The position numbers and the translations under genes are program-made. Shown piece by piece: positions 1-10,600 of a DNA stretch of 64,000 nucleotides. Below the pieces are notes generated by a model, which was given only the letters and a program-made list of their open reading frames with translations, was not told the DNA's origin and did no database searches. Position 1 is the stretch's first letter, and the number at the start of each line of letters is the position of its first letter. The stretch comes from Gammaproteobacteria bacterium. GTDB taxonomy: Bacteria; Pseudomonadota; Gammaproteobacteria; Eutrophobiales; Eutrophobiaceae. The stretch lies in NCBI GenBank assembly GCA_965116495.1, contig OZ220696.1, positions 1,568,001 to 1,632,000 on the forward strand. Reading direction: 5' to 3'.

Positions 1-73
1 GAGGATAGCATGATAAACAGCATCAGTCGGCTGCATTTACTCATGCGGGAAAGTATAGTGCAAAATGGTTTCC

Positions 74-1246
74 CTATCCTTTTAAAATTCGCTCGCCTAA
101 CCGTTTCGCCCACCATTGGTTAAACTCCCAGACGCAACGTTCGTAGGGGACGGACAACCTGCCCTGCTCATAAAACGGGCTGCGAATACCTGCCTGGCAA
201 CGTGCAAAAGCGGGCATGTCGTCACTCTCGTGAACGGTCCGCACCCATTGAACACGGTCCCGGATCGCCTGTTCTAGCGCCGGGTCTTCAACCGTGCTGC
301 GCGACACCAGGTCATTCAACCAGAGATCGTGACTCTCTGCTGATGTCGGCATTAAGCGGTAATATGCAACCATGTCGGCGCCAATCCCCAGCAGCAGGTT
401 AGGCCAGACGAACACCACCATGGGTTCCAGCCGGTCGGCTTCGCTGAGAGTTTCAATAAACGGCAGGTCCATGCCACCGTCAATATTGGTTGCCGACGGG
501 GCCTGTGCCTGACCAAAGCTGAGGACCGAATAGCTGCCCGTGCTTGCTATGGGGTAAGAGTTGGCGGCCGGATAGGTGGGCTGAAACGTTTTTACATGGG
601 CGCCGAGATGATGGTAGGCCTCAACAAATGATTCCGCATTGATTTTCCAGTTCTGGCGTTGATCATAATAAAAGGCGTCATGTGCCGGAACCAGGTCGGC
701 CATTCGCCAATTTGCCAATAGCTTTTGTAAATCCGTCAACTGGGCATGCAGCGGTTCTGCATCGCCGCTGATATTGACGAATATAAACCCTTCCCAGATC
801 TCGGTGCGCATTTGCCTCAGGCGGCAGTTCCTCCGATCAAAGTTTTTGACCTTATCCATCAACGGCGCCGCTTTCAGCCGGCCGTCGAGTTCATAGGTCC
901 AGGCATGGAACGGGCATATGAACAGTCTTGCATTACCACTGCCTTCGGCAACCAGGGTGCCCTTGTGCTGGCAGACCCGGGACATGAGGTGAATGTCATC
1001 ATTTTGATCGCGTGTCAGCACCAGGGGGTAGTCGAATACATCCATACACAGATAATCACCGGGATTCGGGACCTGGCTGACGTGGGCCACGTTGACCCAG
1101 TGTGTCAGGAATAATTGTTCCGCTTCCTGTTCGAAAATATGCTCTGACACGTAGGCGGCCCGGGGCAGGTTACAGGCCTCATCCAGGGGCAGTCTGACTT
1201 TGGCAAGTTGCTCCGGTGTCACGAACTGGTTATGCGTCAGGGTCAT
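74..1246 (-). CDS. Rieske non-heme iron oxygenase alpha subunit (choline monooxygenase/CntA-like)
   Basis: Rieske motif CQHKG...CPFHAW; mononuclear Fe motif NWKINAESFVEAYHHLGAH; SD GAGGA upstream of ATG. Confidence 0.92.
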   Translation of the reverse strand: MTLTHNQFVTPEQLAKVRLPLDEACNLPRAAYVSEHIFEQEAEQLFLTHWVNVAHVSQVPNPGDYLCMDVFDYPLVLTRDQNDDIHLMSRVCQHKGTLVAEGSGNARLFICPFHAWTYELDGRLKAAPLMDKVKNFDRRNCRLRQMRTEIWEGFIFVNISGDAEPLHAQLTDLQKLLANWRMADLVPAHDAFYYDQRQNWKINAESFVEAYHHLGAHVKTFQPTYPAANSYPIASTGSYSVLSFGQAQAPSATNIDGGMDLPFIETLSEADRLEPMVVFVWPNLLLGIGADMVAYYRLMPTSAESHDLWLNDLVSRSTVEDPALEQAIRDRVQWVRTVHESDDMPAFARCQAGIRSPFYEQGRLSVPYERCVWEFNQWWAKRLGERILKG

Positions 1247-1258
1247 GTAGTGTTCCTC
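1226..1258. repeat. 33-bp direct repeat, left copy
   Basis: ctggttatgcgtcagggtcatgtagtgttcctc; 1 mismatch to 2250-2282. Confidence 0.95.
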
Positions 1259-1336
1259 TCTAATCTACCCCATCAATAAACCTTTTGACTGTACGTTAAG
1301 TTGTTTAGAAATGAAAGAGGTTACACTTACTTCAGA

Positions 1337-1361
1337 CATGACTGATTAGTCATGATATAAT
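1337..1361 (+). promoter_or_regulatory. Extended -10 promoter overlapped by palindromic operator
   Basis: catgact-gatt-agtcatg palindrome (1337-1354) abutting TGaTATAAT (1353-1361), upstream of the DUF6932-HTH pair. Confidence 0.65.
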
Positions 1362-1392
1362 AGCCATTTGAACAGCTGCTCAGATTGCGTAA

Positions 1393-1830
1393 ATGGATAT
1401 TCCAGCATTACAGGAGAATGGCGAGTTGCCTCCGGGTGAACATCCAGCCACTGTAGATGATGTCGAAACGGTATTCGGTTCCACTACAGGTCGTAGAAGA
1501 TTATTGATGCGGGGATTACGCGCTGCAATTGCTAATTTTGAGTTGTCCAGTGTAAAGACGCTTTGGCTCAATGGCAGTTTTACTACGGACAAGAATGAAC
1601 CGAACGATATAGATGGTTGTTGGGAATACACGCCGAATGTTGATATTAAAAGACTTGACCCTGTTTTTTTAGGGTCAAGAAAAGCAATGAAAGAAAAATA
1701 TGGACTGGATTTCTTTATATCAAACATTGCCGAAGCGGAAAGCGGCCTTCCGTTTCCTGAGTTTTTCCAGGTTAATCGAGAAGGTGAACCGAAGGGCATT
1801 ATTGTTATCAGGTTAGGAGATTCAGAATGA
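1393..1830 (+). CDS. DUF6932-like minimal nucleotidyltransferase-fold protein (putative toxin)
   Basis: N-terminal IP...GELPPGEH signature; NTase-like GSFTTDKNEPNDID (GS...DxD). Confidence 0.75.
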   Translation: MDIPALQENGELPPGEHPATVDDVETVFGSTTGRRRLLMRGLRAAIANFELSSVKTLWLNGSFTTDKNEPNDIDGCWEYTPNVDIKRLDPVFLGSRKAMKEKYGLDFFISNIAEAESGLPFPEFFQVNREGEPKGIIVIRLGDSE

Positions 1831-2237
1831 TTACCAGCGATAAACAGTATGAGGCTGCAAAAAAACAACTGGCCATGCTTATAGAATCCCTTTCTTCTCC
1901 TGTAAAGAAAGGCGTTCCCAATGAGATAGAACAGGCAGGTCGAGCGCAGACGCAGGAATTAATTGATGAAATTCAAGAATCTGTTAACGAGTATCATGCG
2001 CTCAGAAACAGCAGACCTTCAGACGTGGAAATTCATTCAGTGGAAGATTTGATGGTTGCGCCAATTCGCTACCGAATAGCAGCCCACATGAGTATTGATG
2101 AATTTGGCCGCAAAGTGGGTATCAGCCCAAGACAGATTGCGCGCTATGAGAACGAAGGCTATCAAAACATTAATTCCAGCACCTTCCGGAAAATATTAAA
2201 GGGCTTGAATATTCTTCTTCATGGGAAAGTAGCGTAA
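1827..2237 (+). CDS. XRE-family HTH protein (HigA-like antitoxin)
   Basis: ATGA overlap with upstream gene; MITSDKQYE N-terminus and C-terminal HTH (MSIDEFGRKVGISPRQIARYE). Confidence 0.85.
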   Translation: MITSDKQYEAAKKQLAMLIESLSSPVKKGVPNEIEQAGRAQTQELIDEIQESVNEYHALRNSRPSDVEIHSVEDLMVAPIRYRIAAHMSIDEFGRKVGISPRQIARYENEGYQNINSSTFRKILKGLNILLHGKVA

Positions 2238-2249
2238 CTGGCGTCCATT

Positions 2250-2282
2250 CTGGTTATGCGTCAGGGTCATGTACTGTTCCTC
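2250..2282. repeat. 33-bp direct repeat, right copy
   Basis: ctggttatgcgtcagggtcatgtactgttcctc; contains the MFS stop overlapping an ATG that reads MTLTHNQ. Confidence 0.95.
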
Positions 2283-3412
2283 GCGGCAGCTTTCCACATG
2301 ATTATCAATCCGATGGGTAATGAGAGCAAACCTGTCCAGAGTACCGGACCGTAACCCGCATCACCCAGTGCGTACGTTACCAGCGCCGGCCCTGAGGCCA
2401 GTGATGACGGGAACACCACTGCAAGTCCTACCAGTAAGCGGCCGTTTGAATCAATATCGGCGATGATCGCTGACAGGTACGGCAGGCAGAAGTACCAGGC
2501 CGCGTTAAACAGGCATGCTGCGATGATATAGTGATTAACGGATTGCATGCCCCACAGGAAACTGATACCGGTTGCCGAACAAATCATGCTGGCGACAACG
2601 GGGAGGCGGCGACCCCACCTGTCCCCAAGCCAGGTGGCCAGGGCCGCGCCGAAGATTGCCAGCACTATGGAGGCCGACAGGATACTTCCCACGCTGCCGG
2701 GTTCAATGCCCGCAGCCATACCGATACGCTCGAAATAAGCCCATACTGCCGCCTGCCCGCCATAATAAATGAATATGCCAAGCAGACCTGTGAGGCCGAG
2801 GAACAGTCTGTTATGTTTGTCCGGCGTGGCGCCGGCATCTCTGCCATGTTCCGGGAAGCTTTTAGCCAGGGGTAATACGAGTAGCGCAAGAACGGTTACG
2901 GTAAGAAAAGGCGCGGCAAGACCATATGCTGATATCTGAGCGGGCAATAAATACAGTCCGGCAGCGCCGACTATTAACTGCGTCACCGCCCAGAAGCCGT
3001 AGTTACGGTCAAAATTCGTGGTCAGACCGATGGAAACTATGGTGACATTCATTAACAGACCGGCGCCGAGTCCCGCCAGGAACCTGAATCCAGCCAGTTC
3101 AGCATAACCGTGCAGGTACGTCGAGGTGATATTGCCCAACACGGCGATGAACACCCCGGCAAGCAGGATATGACGCCAGTTAACACGGGTGATGATGGCG
3201 AACACAAGCGCCGAACTGAGCGCATAGCCCGTCATTTCAAGGGAAAATAGATAACCGGCCTGCGTCTCCGTCATCCCTTCGATGTCAACATATGCGCCGA
3301 TAATGATTGGCCCGAACAATAATACCGCAATGCCTACCGCTGAGGTATAGGCATAGGCGAATATCGATAGCGGCCTGTCGGGATAGAATGAAGAAACTGA
3401 TTTGTCTGGCAT
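2267..3412 (-). CDS. MFS transporter
   Basis: ~12 hydrophobic segments, motif-A-like WLGDRWGRR; start moved to MPDKS ATG at 3412. Confidence 0.9.
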   Translation of the reverse strand: MPDKSVSSFYPDRPLSIFAYAYTSAVGIAVLLFGPIIIGAYVDIEGMTETQAGYLFSLEMTGYALSSALVFAIITRVNWRHILLAGVFIAVLGNITSTYLHGYAELAGFRFLAGLGAGLLMNVTIVSIGLTTNFDRNYGFWAVTQLIVGAAGLYLLPAQISAYGLAAPFLTVTVLALLVLPLAKSFPEHGRDAGATPDKHNRLFLGLTGLLGIFIYYGGQAAVWAYFERIGMAAGIEPGSVGSILSASIVLAIFGAALATWLGDRWGRRLPVVASMICSATGISFLWGMQSVNHYIIAACLFNAAWYFCLPYLSAIIADIDSNGRLLVGLAVVFPSSLASGPALVTYALGDAGYGPVLWTGLLSLPIGLIIMWKAAARNST

Positions 3413-3431
3413 TGGACTTAAGGTTCCCACT

Positions 3432-4244
3432 CTAACCTGAGCAATAACTGATAACGTCCCATTCGTGTCCGCTGTTATCTGCAATTACGACTGCATCATC
3501 ATCCGAGTCCAGTAACCATCCGAGGGCCAGGGTTTGACCTTCTCTCCAGGGCAGGCTCGACAGCACGATTTCGTATTCATCACTGTGTTCGCATTTCGCG
3601 TAGGAGAATTCCGTGTCAAGATAAGTGTAAACACTGTCACGGTCAGCAATATTTTCAGCAACTATTTCCTGCAACGGCCGTTCCTGGCCAATCACTACTG
3701 AACGATCAACGGCCAGCACGGCATGCGCGCCTGCAACATAGAGGTTCGTTGTTGTTTCGCTGTCCCGGCACAGCAGGTGTATGGCGAATTCCCGGGAGTT
3801 GTCCAGTAATCGCCAGTCTTCCACATAGGCGCCGCTGGGTGCATATTCCATCATACTGACACCCTCCTCTTTCCATTCAAACCAGCCATCTTCCGGAAAG
3901 TTGATGACAGGCTGTAGCATGAAACCGGATTCCCCACTCTCCCATGTTGCTGTCGGATAGGGCGTCGCGGTTTTATCCACAACAGTTATACCGCAGGCAC
4001 AATCCTGTTCAGCCAATGCAATCAATTCATCATCACTGCATTCGGATATTTGCCGGCGTTCGGAAAAGTCAGGCCGTTCGGCACTGATACGCATATCGGC
4101 CAGACCGGAGGGAGTCTGTAGCCAGATGACACGGGTGCCGGTATCCTCGGTACCGTCTTCAAACCGGATATAACGCCTGCGCCAGCAACCGAGCATGTGA
4201 TCAGGAACGGTCTGATTACCGATAAGCAAGGGCATAAACGGCAA
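3432..4244 (-). CDS. Hypothetical protein
   Basis: 270-aa ORF co-oriented in operon, Trp/acidic-rich; no confident family. Confidence 0.75.
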   Translation of the reverse strand: MPFMPLLIGNQTVPDHMLGCWRRRYIRFEDGTEDTGTRVIWLQTPSGLADMRISAERPDFSERRQISECSDDELIALAEQDCACGITVVDKTATPYPTATWESGESGFMLQPVINFPEDGWFEWKEEGVSMMEYAPSGAYVEDWRLLDNSREFAIHLLCRDSETTTNLYVAGAHAVLAVDRSVVIGQERPLQEIVAENIADRDSVYTYLDTEFSYAKCEHSDEYEIVLSSLPWREGQTLALGWLLDSDDDAVVIADNSGHEWDVISYCSG

Positions 4245-4262
4245 CGACGAGAATTGATTCGC

Positions 4263-4733
4263 CTATCCTTTACTGATTATAAATTTTGCCAGAGTGACGG
4301 CATCTTCCGGATCCATCCGCCCCACAGGGGAACTGCTGTAAGTGGACGCAAGCACCTTGCCAGAACCGGTGATAAAAAATTCGCTGGGCTGGATAAATTC
4401 CCTTTGCTCCTCCCACCAGGCGCCCAGTTGAGCGCCCATCTCACGGGTCATGCCCCAGGCGACGGGAAACCCCAGTTCAGCCGCGACTTCGGCTGTTTTC
4501 TCCTCTGAATCCACACAACCCGCTACAATACTGACGCCGAGTTCCGCCAGGACCTTACGTTGTTTTTCGAAGCCGGCTAACTGCCGGCGACAGAACGGTC
4601 ACCAATGACCGCGATAAAAGAGGATGAATGCATAAGGGGTATCGATATCGGCGGGAAGACGCAGCTTGCCTCCCCCGGCAATGGCCAACTCGATATCGGG
4701 AAACTGCCCGCCTTTGTCAATTTTATCGCTCAT
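4263..4733 (-). CDS. Peroxiredoxin-like (AhpC/TSA) selenoprotein, UxxC
   Basis: ATG 4733 reads MSDKIDKGGQFPDIEL...LFYRGHW-TGA(4599-4601)-PFCRRQL, in frame with ORF 4263..4514; SECIS-like hairpin follows. Confidence 0.85.
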
Positions 4734-4771
4734 GTCTTGTTCCCGGTTATTGTTGATGCAGCTTTTTGTTT

Positions 4772-6565
4772 TCACAATTTTTTGCGCGCTTCCCGGATTT
4801 CCTCGAGATCCAAATCACTCGACCCCCAGAAATCCAGAAAGCGGCGGTACCAGTCCCGGGCCCGGTCCTGGTCGCCCTGCTGTTCATGCAGTTGTCCCAG
4901 TTGATAGTGGGCCTTTACATAATGAACGGGAATGTCCAGCCTGGGGTCGGTAAGGCCGACCAGTCTTTCCAGTTCTGCGATAGCACCCTCCAGGTCTCCT
5001 GCCTGCCACTTTGCCCGGGCCATGCTCTCACGGTATAGAGGATGGTCGTATATCTTCAAGGTAGCCTGGAAGTTTATGGCCGCATCTTCCGGCCGTTTGC
5101 GTTGCAGGAGAATTTCGCCGTTCAGGTGATAGAAGCGGCGAATATGGGAGCGGAATTCGGGGTCGCTCACAGAATCGCCGATCACCCGCAGACGCTGGGC
5201 GGCATCGAGCAGCCGCCCTTTCTTGACCAGGGCAAGGCCGACCAGGTGCTCGATATCAAGATTTATATCACTCGGGTCCCGCGCCAGTTCCAGCGCCTGC
5301 TGATAGTTCTCGATCGCTTCATCGACCCGGCCGGTCTCCGCCTGGAAATAAGCGATGTAGAACAGCTTGAGCCCTTCACCCGCGGGATCGTTACGCAGAC
5401 CCCGAAGACGTTTGGCTTCCAGCTTATGTTCCGCGGCCTCGGCAAACCTGCCCTGGTATGCAGAAATCAGCGCCAGTTCGTCGTGAATTTTCTCCCGCGT
5501 CTCATTGCCGGTTGTTTCAGCAAGCAACGCTTCAAGGCTTCCCCTGGCCGCATCAATCCTGTCCTCGAGCGTGTCGATCCTGGCCAGTTCCAGGACTATC
5601 ATGGGGTCGCCGGGTAGTGCCTGCAGTTTCTCCTGCAACAGTTGCCGGGCCGTGTCGAAGTCTCCGCTCCGGCGCGCTGAGACAGCATCGGCCAGATCGC
5701 CTTCGGGCTCAGGTAGACCGCCGTAAGGCAGGTCGCCCGGGAGTTCCGGCGTCCATCCCTCCCGCCGCGCCGTGACAAAGGTGGAAAGCAGCGTTGCCCG
5801 GCTGTCCAGGTATTCCTTACCCGCTTCAACAGTCGCGCCGCGTGGGTCGCCCAGGACGCCTATCGGCGAGATGCTATGGGTGCCGTCGCGGTTGAGCTTA
5901 TCACCCATCGCCAGGGAATCGCCCATAAAACCCTGTTCGGCGCTCTCCAGGTCAACCAGTTCCGGTTGGCAGGCCAGCATAAACGCCGTTTCCGACAGGC
6001 CGGCGTGAGTGCCTGCCGTTGCCGGGTCGATGCCCAGGCGCTCCGAAATAACGGCTGCCGACCCAAGGTAGGCATCGGCATCGGAATAGGAAAAAATATT
6101 CACATGCGGATAGAGTACGCGCAATTCTTCCTCCAGCTCCCCGGCCATGGGAAAGTTGGTGCCGTGGGTCGGGATAATGGCGATGTGGCGGAACCCATGC
6201 CAGGCGAGGCTGTGGACGTATTCGTAGACCAGGGATTTGAGTATCTGTTTCCGAACGGTGATCGTCCCGGGGAAGCGCATATGATGGGGAGCAATACCGA
6301 CCCGGATGTTGGGCGTTATAAGGGCCTGCCCTACCCGTTCCGCAACCTCGCGCGCCAGGCAGTCGCCGGAGGCCGAGTCGGCCGCCAGGGCCATTTGCGG
6401 TCCGTGCTGTTCAGTCGACCCGATTGTAATAATTGCGGTATCAATTCCTTGCTCGAGGGCTGCCTCGATTTCCCTCCACGTCTTCTTTTCCAGTTCGTAT
6501 TGGGCCGGCGCCGGCGGCGCCAGAAACAACGTAAAAACCACTGCCGCGGTTATTTTATGGATCAT
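4772..6565 (-). CDS. Exported creatininase/MftE-family amidohydrolase fused to TPR repeats
   Basis: Signal peptide; GSTEQHG..D, HGTN, HAGLSET motifs; C-terminal TPR-like helical repeats. Confidence 0.85.
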   Translation of the reverse strand: MIHKITAAVVFTLFLAPPAPAQYELEKKTWREIEAALEQGIDTAIITIGSTEQHGPQMALAADSASGDCLAREVAERVGQALITPNIRVGIAPHHMRFPGTITVRKQILKSLVYEYVHSLAWHGFRHIAIIPTHGTNFPMAGELEEELRVLYPHVNIFSYSDADAYLGSAAVISERLGIDPATAGTHAGLSETAFMLACQPELVDLESAEQGFMGDSLAMGDKLNRDGTHSISPIGVLGDPRGATVEAGKEYLDSRATLLSTFVTARREGWTPELPGDLPYGGLPEPEGDLADAVSARRSGDFDTARQLLQEKLQALPGDPMIVLELARIDTLEDRIDAARGSLEALLAETTGNETREKIHDELALISAYQGRFAEAAEHKLEAKRLRGLRNDPAGEGLKLFYIAYFQAETGRVDEAIENYQQALELARDPSDINLDIEHLVGLALVKKGRLLDAAQRLRVIGDSVSDPEFRSHIRRFYHLNGEILLQRKRPEDAAINFQATLKIYDHPLYRESMARAKWQAGDLEGAIAELERLVGLTDPRLDIPVHYVKAHYQLGQLHEQQGDQDRARDWYRRFLDFWGSSDLDLEEIREARKKL

Positions 6566-6644
6566 TGCAGCCTCTCATCGGCAGCATTCAGCAGCCGGGA
6601 ATTGGGGGATGGGATAACTGTATTTTGCACGCGCAGGGGATCTC

Positions 6645-7370
6645 TCAGGGAAGGACCTGGAAACGCCGGCCGTCTTCCAGAGTCAGGCCCCGGCCATCAA
6701 ACGTCGCGTTCATGCCGGTCTGGTTGGTGTTGAATGCTGAAGACTGATTTGCCGATGTCCAGTAAGTGGTGTTGAGCCTGACGGCGCCATTTTCTGATTC
6801 ATAACGGCCATAACCGGCTTCAACGCCGTTTTCATCACCGTTGACAAGAATAAGATAGCCGTCAACAAGCGCCAGCGCGCCGTTTTCCAGCTTGTACACT
6901 TCACCTTCACCCGGACCGGCCAGCTCGAAGACTTGTACCGTTCCGCTACGCATGAAGGTCAACTTCAGTTTATCATCCACGCGGCTGGCATCGACCTCAT
7001 GCTCCGTGAGCCCCCGGTAATTGAGTGGAGGGGATTTTGACGGCGCTGTGCTGATGGTTTGTTCAGCCGCCAGGTGGATGAAATCGTCACCCGCCGAGTA
7101 AGGACCTGCATGGGCCATCGAACCCTGGTCCCGGGCCGACTCACTTTTGTACTGGGCGTATTGTACAAAAATGCCCTTTTTGAACAGGAAAATCCCATTC
7201 AACGGCAAGTCTTCACCGCTTGGGGTAACCAGGCCGGTATACAACCAGAGTCCCTCAACCTGTTGTTCAAGGGAAACCGGCTGTTCCGTTTCATTGGCGG
7301 CAGGATTAGCGCAGTAAAGGATAACCAGGAGGTAGAAGATAAAAGGTTTTGCTGACAGATGTTTTCTCAT
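6645..7370 (-). CDS. Hypothetical exported protein
   Basis: N-terminal hydrophobic signal; beta-rich 241-aa ORF. Confidence 0.7.
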   Translation of the reverse strand: MRKHLSAKPFIFYLLVILYCANPAANETEQPVSLEQQVEGLWLYTGLVTPSGEDLPLNGIFLFKKGIFVQYAQYKSESARDQGSMAHAGPYSAGDDFIHLAAEQTISTAPSKSPPLNYRGLTEHEVDASRVDDKLKLTFMRSGTVQVFELAGPGEGEVYKLENGALALVDGYLILVNGDENGVEAGYGRYESENGAVRLNTTYWTSANQSSAFNTNQTGMNATFDGRGLTLEDGRRFQVLP

Positions 7371-7643
7371 GATTCGCTTAAAGTGGTCCAGTTGTTACCT
7401 GTGTCTCCAGTGTAAAGTGTAACCCATGTGTCTGGTACGGACTCCTTTTTTGTTTGGCGGAGAACTGAGCATTGTATCCGTAGACGTTTTCGGGTTCAAT
7501 GTCTCATCAGGGTGTCCTCAACATAGGCGCGGAAAGGTAGATTTGGAACTGAGACGATTGAAACGATCTCTATGAATCACACACATAATGGGAAAATCCC
7601 GTCCTGTACGCAGGGAGGAACTGCGCTTAAACCCGGTGGACTA

Positions 7644-10600
7644 TCAGAACAGGAAGTCGGTTGCGTCCAGGTTGGCCATGTCGAACCCGACCAGCAGGAT
7701 CGTGCCGCCGCCGTGGCTTGACAGGTCTATAGTTATTCCACCGGGAACGGATGCTCCACCAGGATAGTAGGACAGGTCCAGAGCCTCAAACCCAGGCAGG
7801 TTGAAGGCGCTGAGGTCTATTTTGTCCTTGTTATCGATGAAGGAATGGATGCCGTCGTCTCCATGGCCTGCGTCGAAGACAAAGACATCGGGGTTTCCTG
7901 CACCGTCTGCCTCACTCGACCACGAGGGCGCCCCTCCGTATAACTCATCATCTCCGGCGCCACCGTTCAAGCGGTCTGCGCCGGCGCCGCCCATCAGAAA
8001 ATCATCGCCGGCGCCCCCATTGAGCTCATCGTCACCATCGTGACCCAGCATGCGGTCGTCACCTTCATCCCCATGGAGGTAGTCGTTTCCACCATCTCCC
8101 AGGAGCAAATCACCACCGTCATTGCCGTAAATCTCATCATCGCCGGCGCCCCCCGCTAGAGTATTAGCGTTTCCATCTCCATACAAAACATCCGCAAATT
8201 CAGAACCGGATACTCCCTCAATACCGGTGAGAACATCACCCTCGGCATAACCGTCTTTGGCGATACCTTCCAGCAGGTTCACCATTACACCTGTATCCGA
8301 ATTCCAATAATCGGTTGTATCAATGCCATCGCCTCCATCCAGTTTATCAGCGCCAGCGCCACCGGCCAGCCAGTCATCACCACCATTGCCCCGGATATCA
8401 TCATTCCCGCCCAAGCCTTGAAAACCATTATTCTTGTGATTACCAATCAGTACATCGCCGTAATCAGTGCCATCAACAATTTCAACATTCCTGATAATAT
8501 CCCCCTCTGCGTGACCACCCTTGCCGGTGCCTTCCAGGAGGTTGACCGTCACGGCTGCGTCTGATTCCCAATAGCCTACCCAGTCGCCGGCGCCGGCGCC
8601 GCCCTGTAACCGGTTGGCGCCTGCATCACCTCTCAAATTATCATCGAAGCCAGACCCGGTTACGTTCTCAATACTGGTAAGGACATCACCCTCCGCAGCA
8701 CCCCCTCCAGTATTTCCATACTTCAGATCGACAAACACGCCTGCATCAGAGTCCTCATAAAGCGCCGAGTCAACACCACTGCCACCGTCCAGCCGGTCTG
8801 CGCCGGCGCCGCCCTGCAATACATCATCACCACCATTGCCGTACAACTCATCCGCACCATCCAGCCCATACAACACATTGCCAACCCCATCACCCCGTAA
8901 TACGTCGTCGTAACCCGATCCCGCCAGGTTTTCAATCGCAGTAAGCACGTCTCCCTCGGCATCCCCACCCCCCACCGTACCCGTTGCAAGGTTTATTCTT
9001 ACCCCTGCACTCGAGCCCAAGTAAGAGGCCCAATCAATACCCCTGCCCCCATCCAGCCGGTCAGCGCCCGCATTGCCGTATAACCAGTCATCACCGTCGC
9101 CGCCGTGTAACGCATCATCACCGTCATCCCCATGCAAGCTGTCAGCACCCGCACCACCGAACAGTTTATCCCGGTCCGCGCCCCCGTGCAGTTCATCATC
9201 GCCCCCATCACCATACAGGACATCCACACCGGCCTCACCAAAGAGTTGGTCATGGCCAGCGCCCCCCTGCAACTCATCATTGCCCTCATTGCCGCGCAGC
9301 TCGTCAGCGCCCGTGTTACCAAGAAGATAGTCCGCACCCGCACCACCGTGTAACACATCATCACCCCCGGCGCCCTCCAGACGATTTGCGCCGGCATCAC
9401 CCGTCAGGCTGTCCCGGTAGGCAGAGCCTGTTACGTTCTCCATACCCGTAAACGTATCTCCCTCGGCATAACCGCCTGCCGCCGTGCCCGCGGCCAGGTC
9501 CACCCGTACTCCTGCCACGGATAAGCGGTAGGACAAAGTGTCCGCGCCTGCTCCTCCATCCAGGCGGTCGGCGCCGGCGCCCCCTGCCAGTACGTCATCA
9601 CCACCGTTGCCACGCAGTTCATCAGCGCCCCCGTTACCGGCCAGCTCATTGGCGCTGTCATCACCTGTCAGCACATCCGGGAGGGCAGACCCAGCGATAT
9701 TCTCAATCCCGCTGATGACGTCACCCTCAGCATGACCACCGGCGACCGTATTGTTGTAGAGGTCAACCGTCACGCCCGTGTCCGAACGTAGGTAGACCAC
9801 CCAGTCCACCCCGCCCCCACCATCCAGCCGATCAGCGCCCGGCCCGCCTTCCAATGCATCGTTGTCGGCGCCACCCCGAAGCTCGTCATTACCCCCGACC
9901 CCGTGTAATTCATTGGGACCGTTGTCACCCGTCAACACGTCCCGATAATCAGACCCCGCGATATTCTCTATACTCGTCAGCGTATCGCCCTGGGCATGAC
10001 CACCGGCAACCGTGCTGTCAGCAAGGTTTACTGTTACACCCGCATCCGATGTCAAATAAACCGCCCAATCCAGACCGATTCCCCCATCCAACCTATCCGC
10101 GCCTGCGCCGCCTGCCAATCTATCATCTCCCCCGCTGCCCCGAAGTTCATCGTCACCCCCAAGGCCGTACAACTCATTGGCGCCCGCGTCACCCATCAAA
10201 ACATCCCGGTACTCAGAGCCCATCACATGCTCAATACCGGTGAATACATCACCTTGTGCATAGCCGCCCGTTAATGTCCCCTCCCCAAGGTTGACCGTGA
10301 CCCCCGTAGCCGACAACTCGTAGGACAACCCGTCCAGGCCGGCGCCCCCGTCCAATTGATCGACGCCACTGCTGCCCAACAGCCAGTCATCGCCATCCCC
10401 TCCCGCCAGAATATCCTCACCACCCGCACCCCAAAGCCGATCATCCCCTCCCCCGCCGTCCAACCTGTTGGTATTGCCATCACCCCACAACACGTCAGCA
10501 AAGCCCGACCCGCTCAGGTTTTCTATATTCTCAATCATGTCACCCTGCGCATCACCGCCCGCCGCCGTGCCTGCCGCCAGGTCTACCGTTACTCCCTCAT

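Noticed and set aside
1-44. Possible minus-strand gene start MSKCSRLMLFIMLS running off the window
   Set aside because: Too little sequence to support a call.
7455-7463. tggcggaga matching the tRNA-Ser 3' end, near the far boundary of the RTX array (possible att site)
   Set aside because: Only 9 bp, which can easily occur by chance in 64 kb; no integrase present. The position is suggestive but insufficient.
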